DNA of 63,558 nucleotides, the filler included, from Octopus bimaculoides (lineage: Eukaryota): NCBI RefSeq assembly GCF_001194135.2. It is 6 parts of 6 records of this genome, joined end to end, with 100 filler letters (N's around TTAATTAATTAA, not from the genome) between each part and the next. Parts side by side here need not be neighbours in the genome. Positions count along the whole stretch, not along the records: positions 1 to 17,733 come from NC_068997.1; positions 17,834 to 41,086 come from NC_069003.1; 4 more parts are not named here. The stretch is one strand, 5' to 3'. The translations under genes were made by a program, and so were the position numbers. Below are positions 13,771 to 26,735 of this stretch, piece after piece; position 1 is the stretch's first letter; every line of letters begins with the position of its first letter. The notes below the pieces were generated by a model. That model searched no databases. It saw only the letters and a list, made by a program, of their open reading frames with translations, and was not told the DNA's origin.

Positions 13771-15279
13771 AGTTGTTTTTGCAAGAAATACGATACCAGT
13801 TATTATTCAAGGACAAATTCTTTCAGTGAACATGATACAGGAACGTAAGGCATGATGACGATAATGATGGTGATGTTGATGATGATGATGATGATGATGG
13901 TGATGTTGATAATGATGATGTTGATGATGATGTTGTTGACGATGATGGTATAAATAATAAATTTCTCACATTCTAGCTAAAATCATAGCAAAATTTGAAA
14001 TACATCAAAATAAAAGTAATTTCTAAATACATATTTGCACATGCGTGTGTATAATATATCTATACACACGTAAGTATCAAGATACCTTTATATACGTAGA
14101 TAAAGCGATATAGATAAATAAATAGATAGATTGATAAGATAGGTAGATGGATACATAAATATATAGGTAGATAGAAAGATGAATAGATCAGAAGAAAGAC
14201 AGGTACGTGTACATATATATATATATATATATAAGACAGCCAGAACTTCATAGACGGTGGTGTGAGAGTAGGGTTGAGGTTAAAACAGTTATTTTCTGTA
14301 AACTATATATATTAGATTATGCTTTGCATACGTCGAAGCAATTCAGTGCTCCCTATAGATATGTACATCCATTATATATCCATACATTCATATATATATA
14401 TTTATACATAAAGGCACACATATGTATACAGATCCATGTACACACATACACACAAAAACATATATANNNNNNNNNNNNNNNNNNNNNNNNNNNNNNNNNN
14501 NNNNNNNNNNNNNNNNNNNNNNNNNNNNNNNNNNNNNNNNNNNNNNNNNNNNNNNNNNNNNNNNNNNNNNNNNNNNNNNNNNNNNNNNNNNNNNNNNNNN
14601 NNNNNNNNNNNNNNNNNNNNNNNNNNNNNNNNNNNNNNNNNNNNNNNNNNNNNNNNNNNNNNNNNNNNNNNNNNNNNNNNNNNNNNNNNNNNNNNNNNNN
14701 NNNNNNNNNNNNNNNNNNNNNNNNNNNNNNNNNNNNNNNNNNNNNNNNNNNNNNNNNNNNNNNNNNNNNNNNNNNNNNNNNNNNNNNNNNNNNNNNNNNN
14801 NNNNNNNNNNNNNNNNNNNNNNNNNNNNNNNNNNNNNNNNNNNNNNNNNNNNNNNNNNNNNNNNNNNNNNNNNNNNNNNNNNNNNNNNNNNNNNNNNNNN
14901 NNNNNNNNNNNNNNNNNNNNNNNNNNNNNNNNNNNNNNNNNNNNNNNNNNNNNNNNNNNNNNNNNNNNNNNNNNNNNNNNNNNNNNNNNNNNNNNNNNNN
15001 NNNNNNNNNNNNNNNNNNNNNNNNNNNNNNNNNNNNNNNNNNNNNNNNNNNNNNNNNNNNNNNNNNNNNNNNNNNNNNNNNNNNNNNNNNNNNNNNNNNN
15101 NNNNNNNNNNNNNNNNNNNNNNNNNNNNNNNNNNNNNNNNNNNNNNNNNNNNNNNNNNNNNNNNNNNNNNNNNNNNNNNNNNNNNNNNNNNNNNNNNNNN
15201 NNNNNNNNNNNNNNNNNNNNNNNNNNNNNNNNNNNNNNNNNNNNNNNNNNNNNNNNNNNNNNNNNNNNNNNNNNNNNNN

Positions 15280-15320
<41 letters not shown>

Positions 15321-15323
15321 TAT

Positions 15324-15362
<39 letters not shown>

Positions 15363-15750
15363 TAGATATATATGATATATATCCATACATACGTAGATTC
15401 AGACCGATGTGCTTCGTGTATATATTTCAATCTATTTCAATCATCAGACGAAATTGGATGAAATTGAAAATGAAGTGAAATGTCCCACAATTAATGCAGG
15501 GAGGCATTTGTAAAACTCAAATTATTCCATAGAGAGTAGGCAAATATCAGCATATATATGTATGTCTATGCATGTATATGTGTGTGCGTATGTGCGTGTG
15601 TGTGTATGTGTAACCGTGTGTGCGTGTCTGCATGTTTGCGTGTATGTACATATATATGTACATATATATATGTACATATATATGTACATATATATATGTA
15701 CATATATATGTACATATATATATGTACATATATATATGTATATATATATG

Positions 15751-15781
<31 letters not shown>

Positions 15782-16785
15782 NNNNNNNNNNNNNNNNNNN
15801 NNNNNNNNNNNNNNNNNNNNNNNNNNNNNNNNNNNNNNNNNNNNNNNNNNNNNNNNNNNNNNNNNNNNNNNNNNNNNNNNNNNNNNNNNNNNNNNNNNNN
15901 NNNNNNNNNNNNNNNNNNNNNNNNNNNNNNNNNNNNNNNNNNNNNNNNNNNNNNNNNNNNNNNNNNNNNNNNNNNNNNNNNNNNNNNNNNNNNNNNNNNN
16001 NNNNNNNNNNNNNNNNNNNNNNNNNNNNNNNNNNNNNNNNNNNNNNNNNNNNNNNNNNNNNNNNNNNNNNNNNNNNNNNNNNNNNNNNNNNNNNNNNNNN
16101 NNNNNNNNNNNNNNNNNNNNNNNNNNNNNNNNNNNNNNNNNNNNNNNNNNNNNNNNNNNNNNNNNNNNNNNNNNNNNNNNNNNNNNNNNNNNNNNNNNNN
16201 NNNNNNNNNNNNNNNNNNNNNNNNNNNNNNNNNNNNNNNNNNNNNNNNNNNNNNNNNNNNNNNNNNNNNNNNNNNNNNNNNNNNNNNNNNNNNNNNNNNN
16301 NNNNNNNNNNNNNNNNNNNNNNNNNNNNNNNNNNNNNNNNNNNNNNNNNNNNNNNNNNNNNNNNNNNNNNNNNNNNNNNNNNNNNNNNNNNNNNNNNNNN
16401 NNNNNNNNNNNNNNNNNNNNNNNNNNNNNNNNNNNNNNNNNNNNNNNNNNNNNNNNNNNNNNNNNNNNNNNNNNNNNNNNNNNNNNNNNNNNNNNNNNNN
16501 NNNNNNNNNNNNNNNNNNNNNNNNNNNNNNNNNNNNNNNNNNNNNNNNNNNNNNNNNNNNNNNNNNNNNNNNNNNNNNNNNNNNNNNNNNNNNNNNNNNN
16601 NNNNNNNNNNNNNNNNNNNNNNNNNNNNNNNNNNNNNNNNNNNNNNNNNNNNNNNNNNNNNNNNNNNNNNNNNNNNNNNNNNNNNNNNNNNNNNNNNNNN
16701 NNNNNNNNNNNNNNNNNNNNNNNNNNNNNNNNNNNNNNNNNNNNNNNNNNNATGTGCATGTATATGCACGTGGTGTTATTGCCGA

Positions 16786-16824
<39 letters not shown>

Positions 16825-17453
16825 CATATATATTAAAACATGATGTAAATAATTCATAATTGAATAAAGCTATCAATACTGTGAAAAGTGTATTGATGTA
16901 GCAGTAATTGGTCATTAGGTTATTGGGTACAGGAGTTGTCCATCGAGGAATAAATTATGTATATACATATAGTCGCCATCCAATACACGAGTATGTATAC
17001 TCATGTATGTATATGCATATACAAATACATACATGCGCACATACATACAAACATACATACATACATACGTACAAAGATACATATATACATACATGAATGC
17101 ACACACACACATATGCATATATGTATATACTGATGCATACGTTTATTGTGTTGTACATATATATATATAATTGAAACGTATTGTATACAATGTAGAGTAT
17201 GTATATATGTACATTTGTAAATAAGCATATCTAATTGTTCAAATATATATATATATATATATTTGCATACACACATATTCACGCGCAAATACGCACATGT
17301 ATACATTTATACTTTTCTAAAAATAAATATCTATACATATACGTATATACAAATATATGTATATGTATACATATAGACAGACGACTAATGCACATATTCG
17401 TGCATTAATTATATAGATTATATATGACATATATACNNNNNNNNNNATATATA

Positions 17454-17487
<34 letters not shown>

Positions 17488-17686
17488 CATGAATACATGC
17501 ATACATATATAGTGTGAAGACGGGTGTGTAAACAACAAACAGATGTATTAGTTTAACGCTCGGTTGGTATGTATATCACCTTCTGTGTATATGTATGAAT
17601 AAATATAGACATATTTATGTAATTGTGTGTATGTTTGTGTGTATACACATGTATGTGCATGTATATGCACGTGGTGTTATTGCCGA

Positions 17687-17733
<47 letters not shown>

Positions 17734-17777
17734 NNNNNNNNNNNNNNNNNNNNNNNNNNNNNNNNNNNNNNNNNNNN

Positions 17778-17789
17778 TTAATTAATTAA
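17778..17789. other. Assembly linker TTAATTAATTAA flanked by N runs (also 41131-41142, 51012-51023, 58894-58905, 60380-60391)
   Basis: Identical 12-mer with stops in all six frames inside ~100-bp N spacers, five times. Confidence 0.95.
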
Positions 17790-17833
17790 NNNNNNNNNNN
17801 NNNNNNNNNNNNNNNNNNNNNNNNNNNNNNNNN

Positions 17834-17883
<50 letters not shown>

Positions 17884-18121
17884 TGTATGCAAGCGCCTGT
17901 ATAAACACCACCAGAGTAGCGTGTATAGTCACCACAAGAACATTATGTATAACTAGACCAGTATATATAGCTATAACAACAAGAAAGTGTATAATAACAA
18001 CAGTGTGAGTATAAATCCTATACCGGTGTGTAAAGTAACTACTATAGAACATCTGTGTGTATAACAGTAACAACAACCAATATATATACGAAGCACAGCC
18101 ACAGCAAATATATATACACTG

Positions 18122-18218
<97 letters not shown>

Positions 18219-18379
18219 GCTTGTTTTAAACGAACGGCGGGTATATTGTTCTGGGAGCTAAAATGATGAGGGCAGGAGTTTGTTGCAAACGAGGCTGAAG
18301 TTCTGTCATGTTGTCACGTGGTCACATGATAGCAGTTCACGCCTGCCTGTGCCTACATGTGAGTATGGGGATGTACACC

Positions 18380-19980
18380 AGCGTGGGTGTGTGCATTTTT
18401 TTTTTGTGTGTGTGTGTGTGTGTGTTGGGTTTATGAATGTATGCGTGTACACATGTGTGTGTGTGTGTATTTGTGTGTGAATGTGTGTATGGTTGTGTGT
18501 CGGTGCGTATCACGCAGTGACATGCAGCGGCGTGTATATGTAACTGTTTTCGTGCGTGTGTGCGCTAATCGCGTTTGTATTTGTATATATACACATATAT
18601 ATATGTGTGTGCGTGTGTGTGTGTATATGTATGCATACATGTGCATATGTATGTATGTATAGCTATGTATGTAAATAAGAATGTATGTATGCAAAATTAT
18701 GTGTATGCATGGACGTATGTATGCACATACGTCCGAACGATTGTATGTGTACCTTACTGGGTGGCAGGTGCGTACATGTGTGTAAGTATGGCTGATTATG
18801 AGTGTATATGGAAGTTGTACAGGTATACGAATTTACCAGTGTATGACTTGGAGTTGCGTGTGTATAGGTTGTAGTGGAGTTGGGGACTTGTTGGTTTGTG
18901 TGTGTGTGTGTGTATGTATGTGTGTGTATGTATGTGTGTGTATGTGTTTGTGTATATGTTTGTGTGAGTGAACTGCTAGTTTGGGTGTATATATCAACGT
19001 GCCAGATTATTAACCGATGTGTTTCTTTATACGTCCAGAAGTTACGGTGTATGTGTGTGTTTGTATGTATGTGTGTGTGTGTGTGTGCGTGTGTGCGCGC
19101 GTGTGTGTTTGTGTGTGTATATGCGCGTCCGTGTGTGTACGTGTAGGTGCGAGTGGGTGTATGTATGTACGTGTGTGTGCGCGCACGTGTATTTGTGCGT
19201 GCGTGTGTGTGTGTGTGTGTGCGTGCTTGCGTTTGTATGTGTGTGTGTCAGTGCGTGCGTGTGTTTGTGTGTTTGAGCGTGTCTATATACGCGTGTGTGC
19301 GTGTACGTGCATGTATATGTATGTGTGTGCATGTGTGCTTGCGCGTGAATATTTGCATGTGTGCGTGTTTGCGTATGCATGAGTATGTGTGTGTGTATGT
19401 ACGTGTGTGTGTGTGTGCGTGCATATATGTGCGTGCGTGTTTGTATGCGTGTGCGTCTGTGCGTGCGTGTGTGTGTGTGCGTGAGCGTGGGGTGGGGTGC
19501 GTACGTGTGCACCCGTGTGTAGAATTTATGATCGTGTGTATGCGATGCACTGTTCTGCACGTATTTTAGAGTGAAATGGTGTACAATGATGTGGGCGTGA
19601 CCGCATATGTATGCATGTGTATAACAACTAATATATATGTGCTTGTGTGTATGTGAGTGTGTGTGTGTGTGTGTGTGAATACCTCAGTATTGTGGAACGG
19701 AAAAGTGCGTGCATCGTGTCAATGGATATATGTATGCGTCCGTATGAATGAGCGTGAGTGTGTGTGAAAGATAACGAGCGTATGTATGTATGCGAACGAG
19801 TGTATATGAGTGTGTGTGTGTGTGTGAGTGTGTTTGTGTTTGTATGTGTGCATGACATCGAGAATATATATATATATGTGTGCGCATGATTGTCTGCGTG
19901 TGTGTGTATATATAACAGCGAGTATATGTGAGTGTTTGTGTGTGTGTGTGTGTGTGTGTGTGCATATCTACACATGCTCA
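18380..19980. repeat. Long degenerate (TG/CG/TA)n alternating purine-pyrimidine tract
   Basis: Directly visible. Confidence 0.9.
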
Positions 19981-19984
19981 TACG

Positions 19985-20130
19985 TATTTAAATGTTAAAC
20001 TTCTGGAAAGTTTTACAGATATTTACAGTTCCACTGATGGCATGGAATGAATTTGGTAGTCTTCGAATTAAGTTGCTCCTTTCTGCCTTTGAGAAGCCTA
20101 ATTTTTCAAGATTGATATTTCGGCAGTGTG
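19985..20130 (-). mobile_element. 3' end fragment of an RLE-type non-LTR retrotransposon
   Basis: LEKLGFSKAERSNLIRRL...ISGTVNICKTFQKF* resembles the C-terminus of R2/NeSL/R4-type ORFs. Confidence 0.5.
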
Positions 20131-20499
20131 CTATATATCCCAGGATGTATGTATGTATGTATGTGTATATGGATGTGTATATGGATGTACGTACGTATAT
20201 ACGTATGTATGTATGTTTGCATGTTTGTATGATTGTATGTTTGTACCTACGTATGTACGTATGCATATATGTATTTCTATACGTAAGAATGTATGCATGT
20301 ATGTATGTGCGTATGTATGTATGCATTCCAAGACACATGTCACACATTTTGCGTTTAGCTAACTGAAGCGTTGCACGAGTCTACAATTTTTCACACCTAT
20401 TCTACCAGGGGGTCATAAGCTATATTTTCTATAATTTAAGTAAATAAAACTAAAAATACCTGTCACACATCCTCAAGCAATGAAACGAACATGGCAAAT

Positions 20500-20546
<47 letters not shown>

Positions 20547-20610
20547 CTGATTAAAAACATTAAAACTTTTAGTTTTATTATGCAAGTTAATAGAGCTTTT
20601 TGTAAAAAGA

Positions 20611-20689
<79 letters not shown>

Positions 20690-21099
20690 CAGCATGCATT
20701 TTCAGAAAATAAAAGAATATTTTAAGGCAAAATTATATTTTAGATTTTCTTTTTTTGTTTTTTCTTTTATTTCTGTGTTTATAGATTTCTGCATTTTTAT
20801 AGATTTCGAATTTAATCTTCTTGCGAATTGATTAGGTTTTGCATGAAACTACATTGCGAGACGAACTTAGAAGTTGCTAGCAACATTTTAATGGAATGTA
20901 TCATTTAAGATATAACGGATATATATATATATCGCTGTATATGTGTCGTTCAGGTTATGATTAACTCGCGGAAGGCCAACTACTCATGTTGTATATGTAT
21001 TTATGTATTTGTGTGTCTGTGCGTGCGTATATATGTATATATATGTATATATATATATATGTATATATATGCATGTTTGTATGAATAGATAGAGCTATA

Positions 21100-21265
21100 T
21101 GTCAACACGTGGCTGCGTGGTAAAAAGTCTGCCACCCAATTACATTGATCCGGGTTTCGTCTCCCTGCTAGGCACCCTGGCCATTGCTTTCTACTATAGC
21201 CTCAGGGCCGACCAGCGCTTTAAGAGTGGATTTGGTAGACGAAAACTGAAAGAAGCTAGTGATAT
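21100..21265 (+). mobile_element. SINE family B head
   Basis: ggctgcgtggtaaaaag...gagtggatttggtagacgaaaactgaaagaagc. Confidence 0.7.
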
Positions 21266-21322
21266 ATAGACACACACACACACACACACACAGACACAGA
21301 CACACACACACAGACACACACG

Positions 21323-21356
<34 letters not shown>

Positions 21357-22589
21357 CAGATATACATAGATTTATGTGTTTCTTTGTTGTGGTTATAATT
21401 TTAAAGTTAGTGTTTAATCCTGCCTATATTTAGATCGAATGAATGTGGCAATTAAGCTCTGACTTTTATGTTATACTATGGAAGACTGTAGGGAATGAAA
21501 TGTATGACTGAAAGGTTTGGTTTCTCTTTAGTTACATATTTAGGAGTTGGTTATTGATTTACGTATTAAATTTATTTACTTATATTGTTGTACATAAGGT
21601 AAATGTGTTTCAAAGTTGTGGTTTTTTGGTTTGTTTGTTCCCAAACAACACTTATTTTAGTGCTGTTGACACCGTCAGACTGAATGGTACTGCCCAGGTG
21701 TCGAAACCATAATGATATCCGTGGGGCAGCTGATGATGGAGGAATTGTTGGTATCGCTGTTATTGTACGTGTGGAATAGTATTATAACACATCCTTTAAC
21801 TTCGTTACCTTACATCTGTTTCTGCTAAGATGCAATACAGATCACTCTGTGGAGTCTTCGGAGCTTCAAAAAATGAAGTGCACATTGTTTTGGAAGCTCT
21901 GATGAAGCTATAGGTTTATACACATGCTCTGAACTATACATCGGACTTAATGAATAGGCGTCTTGTAGCAGGGAGGTAATATTCCATTACAAATAATAGA
22001 ATTGATACAAAAAACATTAATAAAAATTCTAGCGTTGGTAACCGATATTATACGCTAATTTTTTTAGTTATAAAGAGGTAGGCGAGTACAAAGAAAGTGA
22101 ATATATAAACGAAGTTCTTGGAAACGATTGAATTGAAAAAAAATCAATTCACGTGTTATTGCGTTAACTAGTAGACCAATAATTAGTCGATTAGTTAAAT
22201 GTTATATATGGGAAGATGTATGAGAACCAAAGAAATATTGGCAAGGATTTCATAAAAGAGAGCGAAGTTAAAATTATTCAACGCTCGGGAGAGAATTTAG
22301 AAATCGAGGTGAGTGGAGAATTATAAAAGACAACACAAGTGAGTTATTAAATTAACGAATGTAATCTCAGAGTTCAAGAAAGATGAATATTGGAAAGGAA
22401 GAAATGAATGATAAAAGGCAAGGAAATAAAATTCTAGATATTTAAAAAAATCTTTTATAATGGTACAAAGCAAAACCTTCAGTGTATAATGGAATTTATT
22501 TATATTTGTATGTTTTTGTTGATATACCCACATACACATACGCATATATAAAAATATGAGTGTATGTGAGTGTGTATGTATATATCGCT

Positions 22590-22795
22590 AGCCACTAAAC
22601 CCTTTTCTATTTTCTACGGTCTTTCAAATTTTCTATTTTCTATTTTCTCTCCCCATTTATTTCTGCGTTCCTTTCTGTTGAAGAGCATAGGCTCGAAACG
22701 TAAAATACTTTCTCACTTCTCGAGCGTTAAACTAATACAACTGTTTGTTGTTTACACACCCGTCTTCATGCTTTGTTTTTATTTTGTAAATTCTC
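22590..22795 (+). mobile_element. Penelope-like pseudo-LTR fragment with hammerhead-like motif
   Basis: cttt-CTGTTGA-A-GAGC-ATAG-GCTC-GAAAC-GTA-aaa at 22671-22705. Confidence 0.45.
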
Positions 22796-22810
22796 ACTAT
22801 ATATATATAT

Positions 22811-22913
<103 letters not shown>

Positions 22914-24459
22914 AGAGACAGAGAGAGAAACATGCACACAATGATGCAAATAATCAGATAAAACACCATGGGCTTCATATACAGAAAGCCACTGGAATTC
23001 AGCCTAAATCGTTTGAGACCGTACCAAGTTGCAGTGTTCCATAACCATCGAAACCCAAAATTTCAAAGCCACCAGAAAAGAAAAGAAAAGGAAGTCAAAC
23101 GAGCGGAGAGAAAGGCTCGAAAAAATCATACATACATACATGCATACAAATGTATGTATATATGCATGTATGCATGTATGTATGTATGTATGCATGCATG
23201 CATTCAAGTATATATATATATATATATATTGCAGATGAATAAAAATGCAAATGCTACTTTTTAAAACATTTTATGGGTGTTTTAATTGATTTACATGTTT
23301 CGGTTTTTTTTTTTTAAACCTTATAAAAATGAATATAAAATATGATAGTAGTAATCTACTAACACAACAAGTTGGAATTACCATGTTTTCGGAACTCAAG
23401 GAAAGGACCACGTGCGCATGCAAGAAATAACAGTAAACTATGAATGTCATTTTTAATTTTAATTTCAATTTTATTTTATTAATAGCCCTTTTCTCTTCTC
23501 ACATATTTTATATTCATTTTTGATAAGGTTTTTCAAAAAAACTGAAACATGTGAATCAATTAAAACACCCAAAAAATGTTTTAAAAAATGTAGCATTTTC
23601 ATTTTTATTCATCTTCAATATCTATTTACTCCTGTGGAACTTTTACAAATTTTTTCNNNNNNNNNNNNNNNNNNNNNNNNNNNNNNNNNNNNNNNNNNNN
23701 NNNNNNNNNNNNNNNNNNNNNNNNNNNNNNNNNNNNNNNNNNNNNNNNNNNNNNNNNNNNNNNNNNNNNNNNNNNNNNNNNNNNNNNNNNNNNNNNNNNN
23801 NNNNNNNNNNNNNNNNNNNNNNNNNNNNNNNNNNNNNNNNNNNNNNNNNNNNNNNNNNNNNNNNNNNNNNNNNNNNNNNNNNNNNNNNNNNNNNNNNNNN
23901 NNNNNNNNNNNNNNNNNNNNNNNNNNNNNNNNNNNNNNNNNNNNNNNNNNNNNNNNNNNNNNNNNNNNNNNNNNNNNNNNNNNNNNNNNNNNNNNNNNNN
24001 NNNNNNNNNNNNNNNNNNNNNNNNNNNNNNNNNNNNNNNNNNNNNNNNNNNNNNNNNNNNNNNNNNNNNNNNNNNNNNNNNNNNNNNNNNNNCTACACAC
24101 GATAAGCAATTCAAAAACAGACTCAAACACGAATTTACTAGGGGAGTTGATCACTGATTAGGAAATTAATTAAGAACACAAATATTATGTCAGATAACGA
24201 TAGAGATTAAGGTAAAACAGGTCAAACGCCAGTCACAAATACTTAAGAATAAATAAACTACAATGTGTGTAACACACACACACACACACACACTCACATA
24301 CGCACACACACACACACACACACACACTCACATACCTACATACAAACACACGCATAAAACACACACAAACATACATACACATACACATTCATATGTGTAC
24401 ACCTTCACACATTCACAAGACACAGAATAATTTAGTAAGAAGTATAATAGACGTATTAA

Positions 24460-24715
24460 CTGGGTCTCCGTCGGTTACGACGATCAGAATTCCAGTTGAT
24501 CCGATCAAGGGAACAGTTCGCCCGTGAGATTAACCTGCAAGTGGCTGAGAACTTCACAGACAGATGTAACCTTAAGGGTTCTCAGGGAGATTCTGCGTGA
24601 CACAATGTTACAAGGCTGGTCCCTTTCAAATACAGGTACAACTTATTTTTGGCAGGTGAGTGGACTAGAACAGCATGAAATAAAATATCTTGCTGAAGGA
24701 CACAACTTGTCGCTG
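24460..24715 (-). mobile_element. SINE family C variant
   Basis: Similar to 44072-44355 (ccgtcggttacgacg...gttgatccgatcaa...caagtggctgag). Confidence 0.7.
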
Positions 24716-24832
24716 TGAATTTTCTTTCCCATTTCCTCTTCTTTGGTCAGATGGAGAATGGATTTAAAGGACGAAATCTCAGCATATGTCCGTCCTACAT
24801 ACATACATACATGCAAACGCACACTCACACAC

Positions 24833-24873
<41 letters not shown>

Positions 24874-25949
24874 AATATATACATACACNNNNNNNNNNNN
24901 NNNNNNNNNNNNNNNNNNNNNNNNNNNNNNNNNNNNNNNNNNNNNNNNNNNNNNNNNNNNNNNNNNNNNNNNNNNNNNNNNNNNNNNNNNNNNNNNNNNN
25001 NNNNNNNNNNNNNNNNNNNNNNNNNNNNNNNNNNNNNNNNNNNNNNNNNNNNNNNNNNNNNNNNNNNNNNNNNNNNNNNNNNNNNNNNNNNNNNNNNNNN
25101 NNNNNNNNNNNNNNNNNNNNNNNNNNNNNNNNNNNNNNNNNNNNNNNNNNNNNNNNNNNNNNNNNNNNNNNNNNNNNNNNNNNNNNNNNNNNNNNNNNNN
25201 NNNNNNNNNNNNNNNNNNNNNNNNNNNNNNNNNNNNNNNNNNNNNNNNNNNNNNNNNNNNNNNNNNNNNNNNNNNNNNNNNNNNNNNNNNNNNNNNNNNN
25301 NNNNNNNNNNNNNNNNNNNNNNNNNNNNNNNNNNNNNNNNNNNNNNNNNNNNNNNNNNNNNNNNNNNNNNNNNNNNNNNNNNNNNNNNNNNNNNNNNNNN
25401 NNNNNNNNNNNNNNNNNNNNNNNNNNNNNNNNNNNNNNNNNNNNNNNNNNNNNNNNNNNNNNNNNNNNNNNNNNNNNNNNNNNNNNNNNNNNNNNNNNNN
25501 NNNNNNNNNNNNNNNNNNNNNNNNNNNNNNNNNNNNNNNNNNNNNNNNNNNNNNNNNNNNNNNNNNNNNNNNNNNNNNNNNNNNNNNNNNNNNNNNNNNN
25601 NNNNNNNNNNNNNNNNNNNNNNNNNNNNNNNNNNNNNNNNNNNNNNNNNNNNNNNNNNNNNNNNNNNNNNNNNNNNNNNNNNNNNNNNNNNNNNNNNNNN
25701 NNNNNNNNNNNNNNNNNNNNNNNNNNNNNNNNNNNNNNNNNNNNNNNNNNNNNNNNNNNNNNNNNNNNNNNNNNNNNNNNNNNNNNNNNNNNNNNNNNNN
25801 NNNNNNNNNNNNNNNNNNNNNNNNNNNNNNNNNNNNNNNNNNNNNNNNNNNNNNNNNNNNNNNNNNNATATATATATATATATATATCTGTGTGTGTTGT
25901 GTGTGTGTGTGTGTGTGTAGTTTATAATGAATGAAGGAAACGGGAAAAC

Positions 25950-26073
25950 GATTTAGCAAGAATCTTTATTCAACGCAACGATCACAGCTAGTTGTGTTGC
26001 ATCCATCCCGTAAGCGACAGACGCAAGATAGGTCGAAACGATCGTTGTGGTGAATAATGATTCTTGATAAATC
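25950..26073. repeat. Foldback element, 34-bp arms around a 56-bp loop
   Basis: 25950-25983 matches the reverse complement of 26040-26073 at 30/34. Confidence 0.8.
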
Positions 26074-26520
26074 TTAAGTACTGAGAGTGGTAGAGAGAGA
26101 TGGAGAGAGAGAGAGAGATGGAGAGAGAGAGAGAGAGAGAGAGATACATGCACTCACGAACACGCATACATACGCGTATGCAGACAGGTTCTTAGGTGCA
26201 TATGAATGCAAAGGTTACATGCAAATACAGACGCATACAGAAACACACATACGTGATTGTATGCGTACATTATTACGGTCATACATTCACATATACACAC
26301 GTACACACACACATACATACATACATACATACATACGTACCTATGTACGTTGCATGCTTGCATACCGGTATAATTGTGTGCATACATGCATTTAGACATA
26401 TATACATGCACAGTCACACATCCGCATATACATATATACATACACACATACGTACATACATACATTTTAACACACATGCATTCAAACATATTTCATATTA
26501 ATATTCTACATTTTCTATGC

Positions 26521-26735
26521 TCTTTTCTTCTCTAGGCACAAGGCCCGAAATTTTGGAAGAGGGGGCCAGTCGATTAGATCGACCCCAATACGCAACTGGT
26601 ACTTAATTTATCGACCCCGCAATGATGAAAGGCAAAGTCGACCTCGGTGGATTTTGAACTCAGAATATAAAGACAGACGAAATACCGCTAACAATTTCGC
26701 CCGGCCTGCTAACGTCTCTGCCACTTCGCCACCTT
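26521..26735 (-). mobile_element. SINE family A (tRNA-derived head plus conserved central domain)
   Basis: Similar to 44963-45184 (atcgacccc...gatgaaaggcaaagtcgacctcgg...gaactcagaa). Confidence 0.85.

Noticed and set aside
16751-17700. Duplicated atgtgcatgtatatgcacgtggtgttattgccgagtata at ~16751 and ~17653
   Set aside because: Both copies sit at contig edges; probably redundant contig ends.
14060-20370. Many long ORFs ([13 protein letters not shown]-runs) across the window
   Set aside because: Translations of dinucleotide microsatellites and N gaps; no coding signal.
21861-21920. Short hairpin followed by CTGATGAAG, a possible hammerhead
   Set aside because: No downstream GAAA or stem III.
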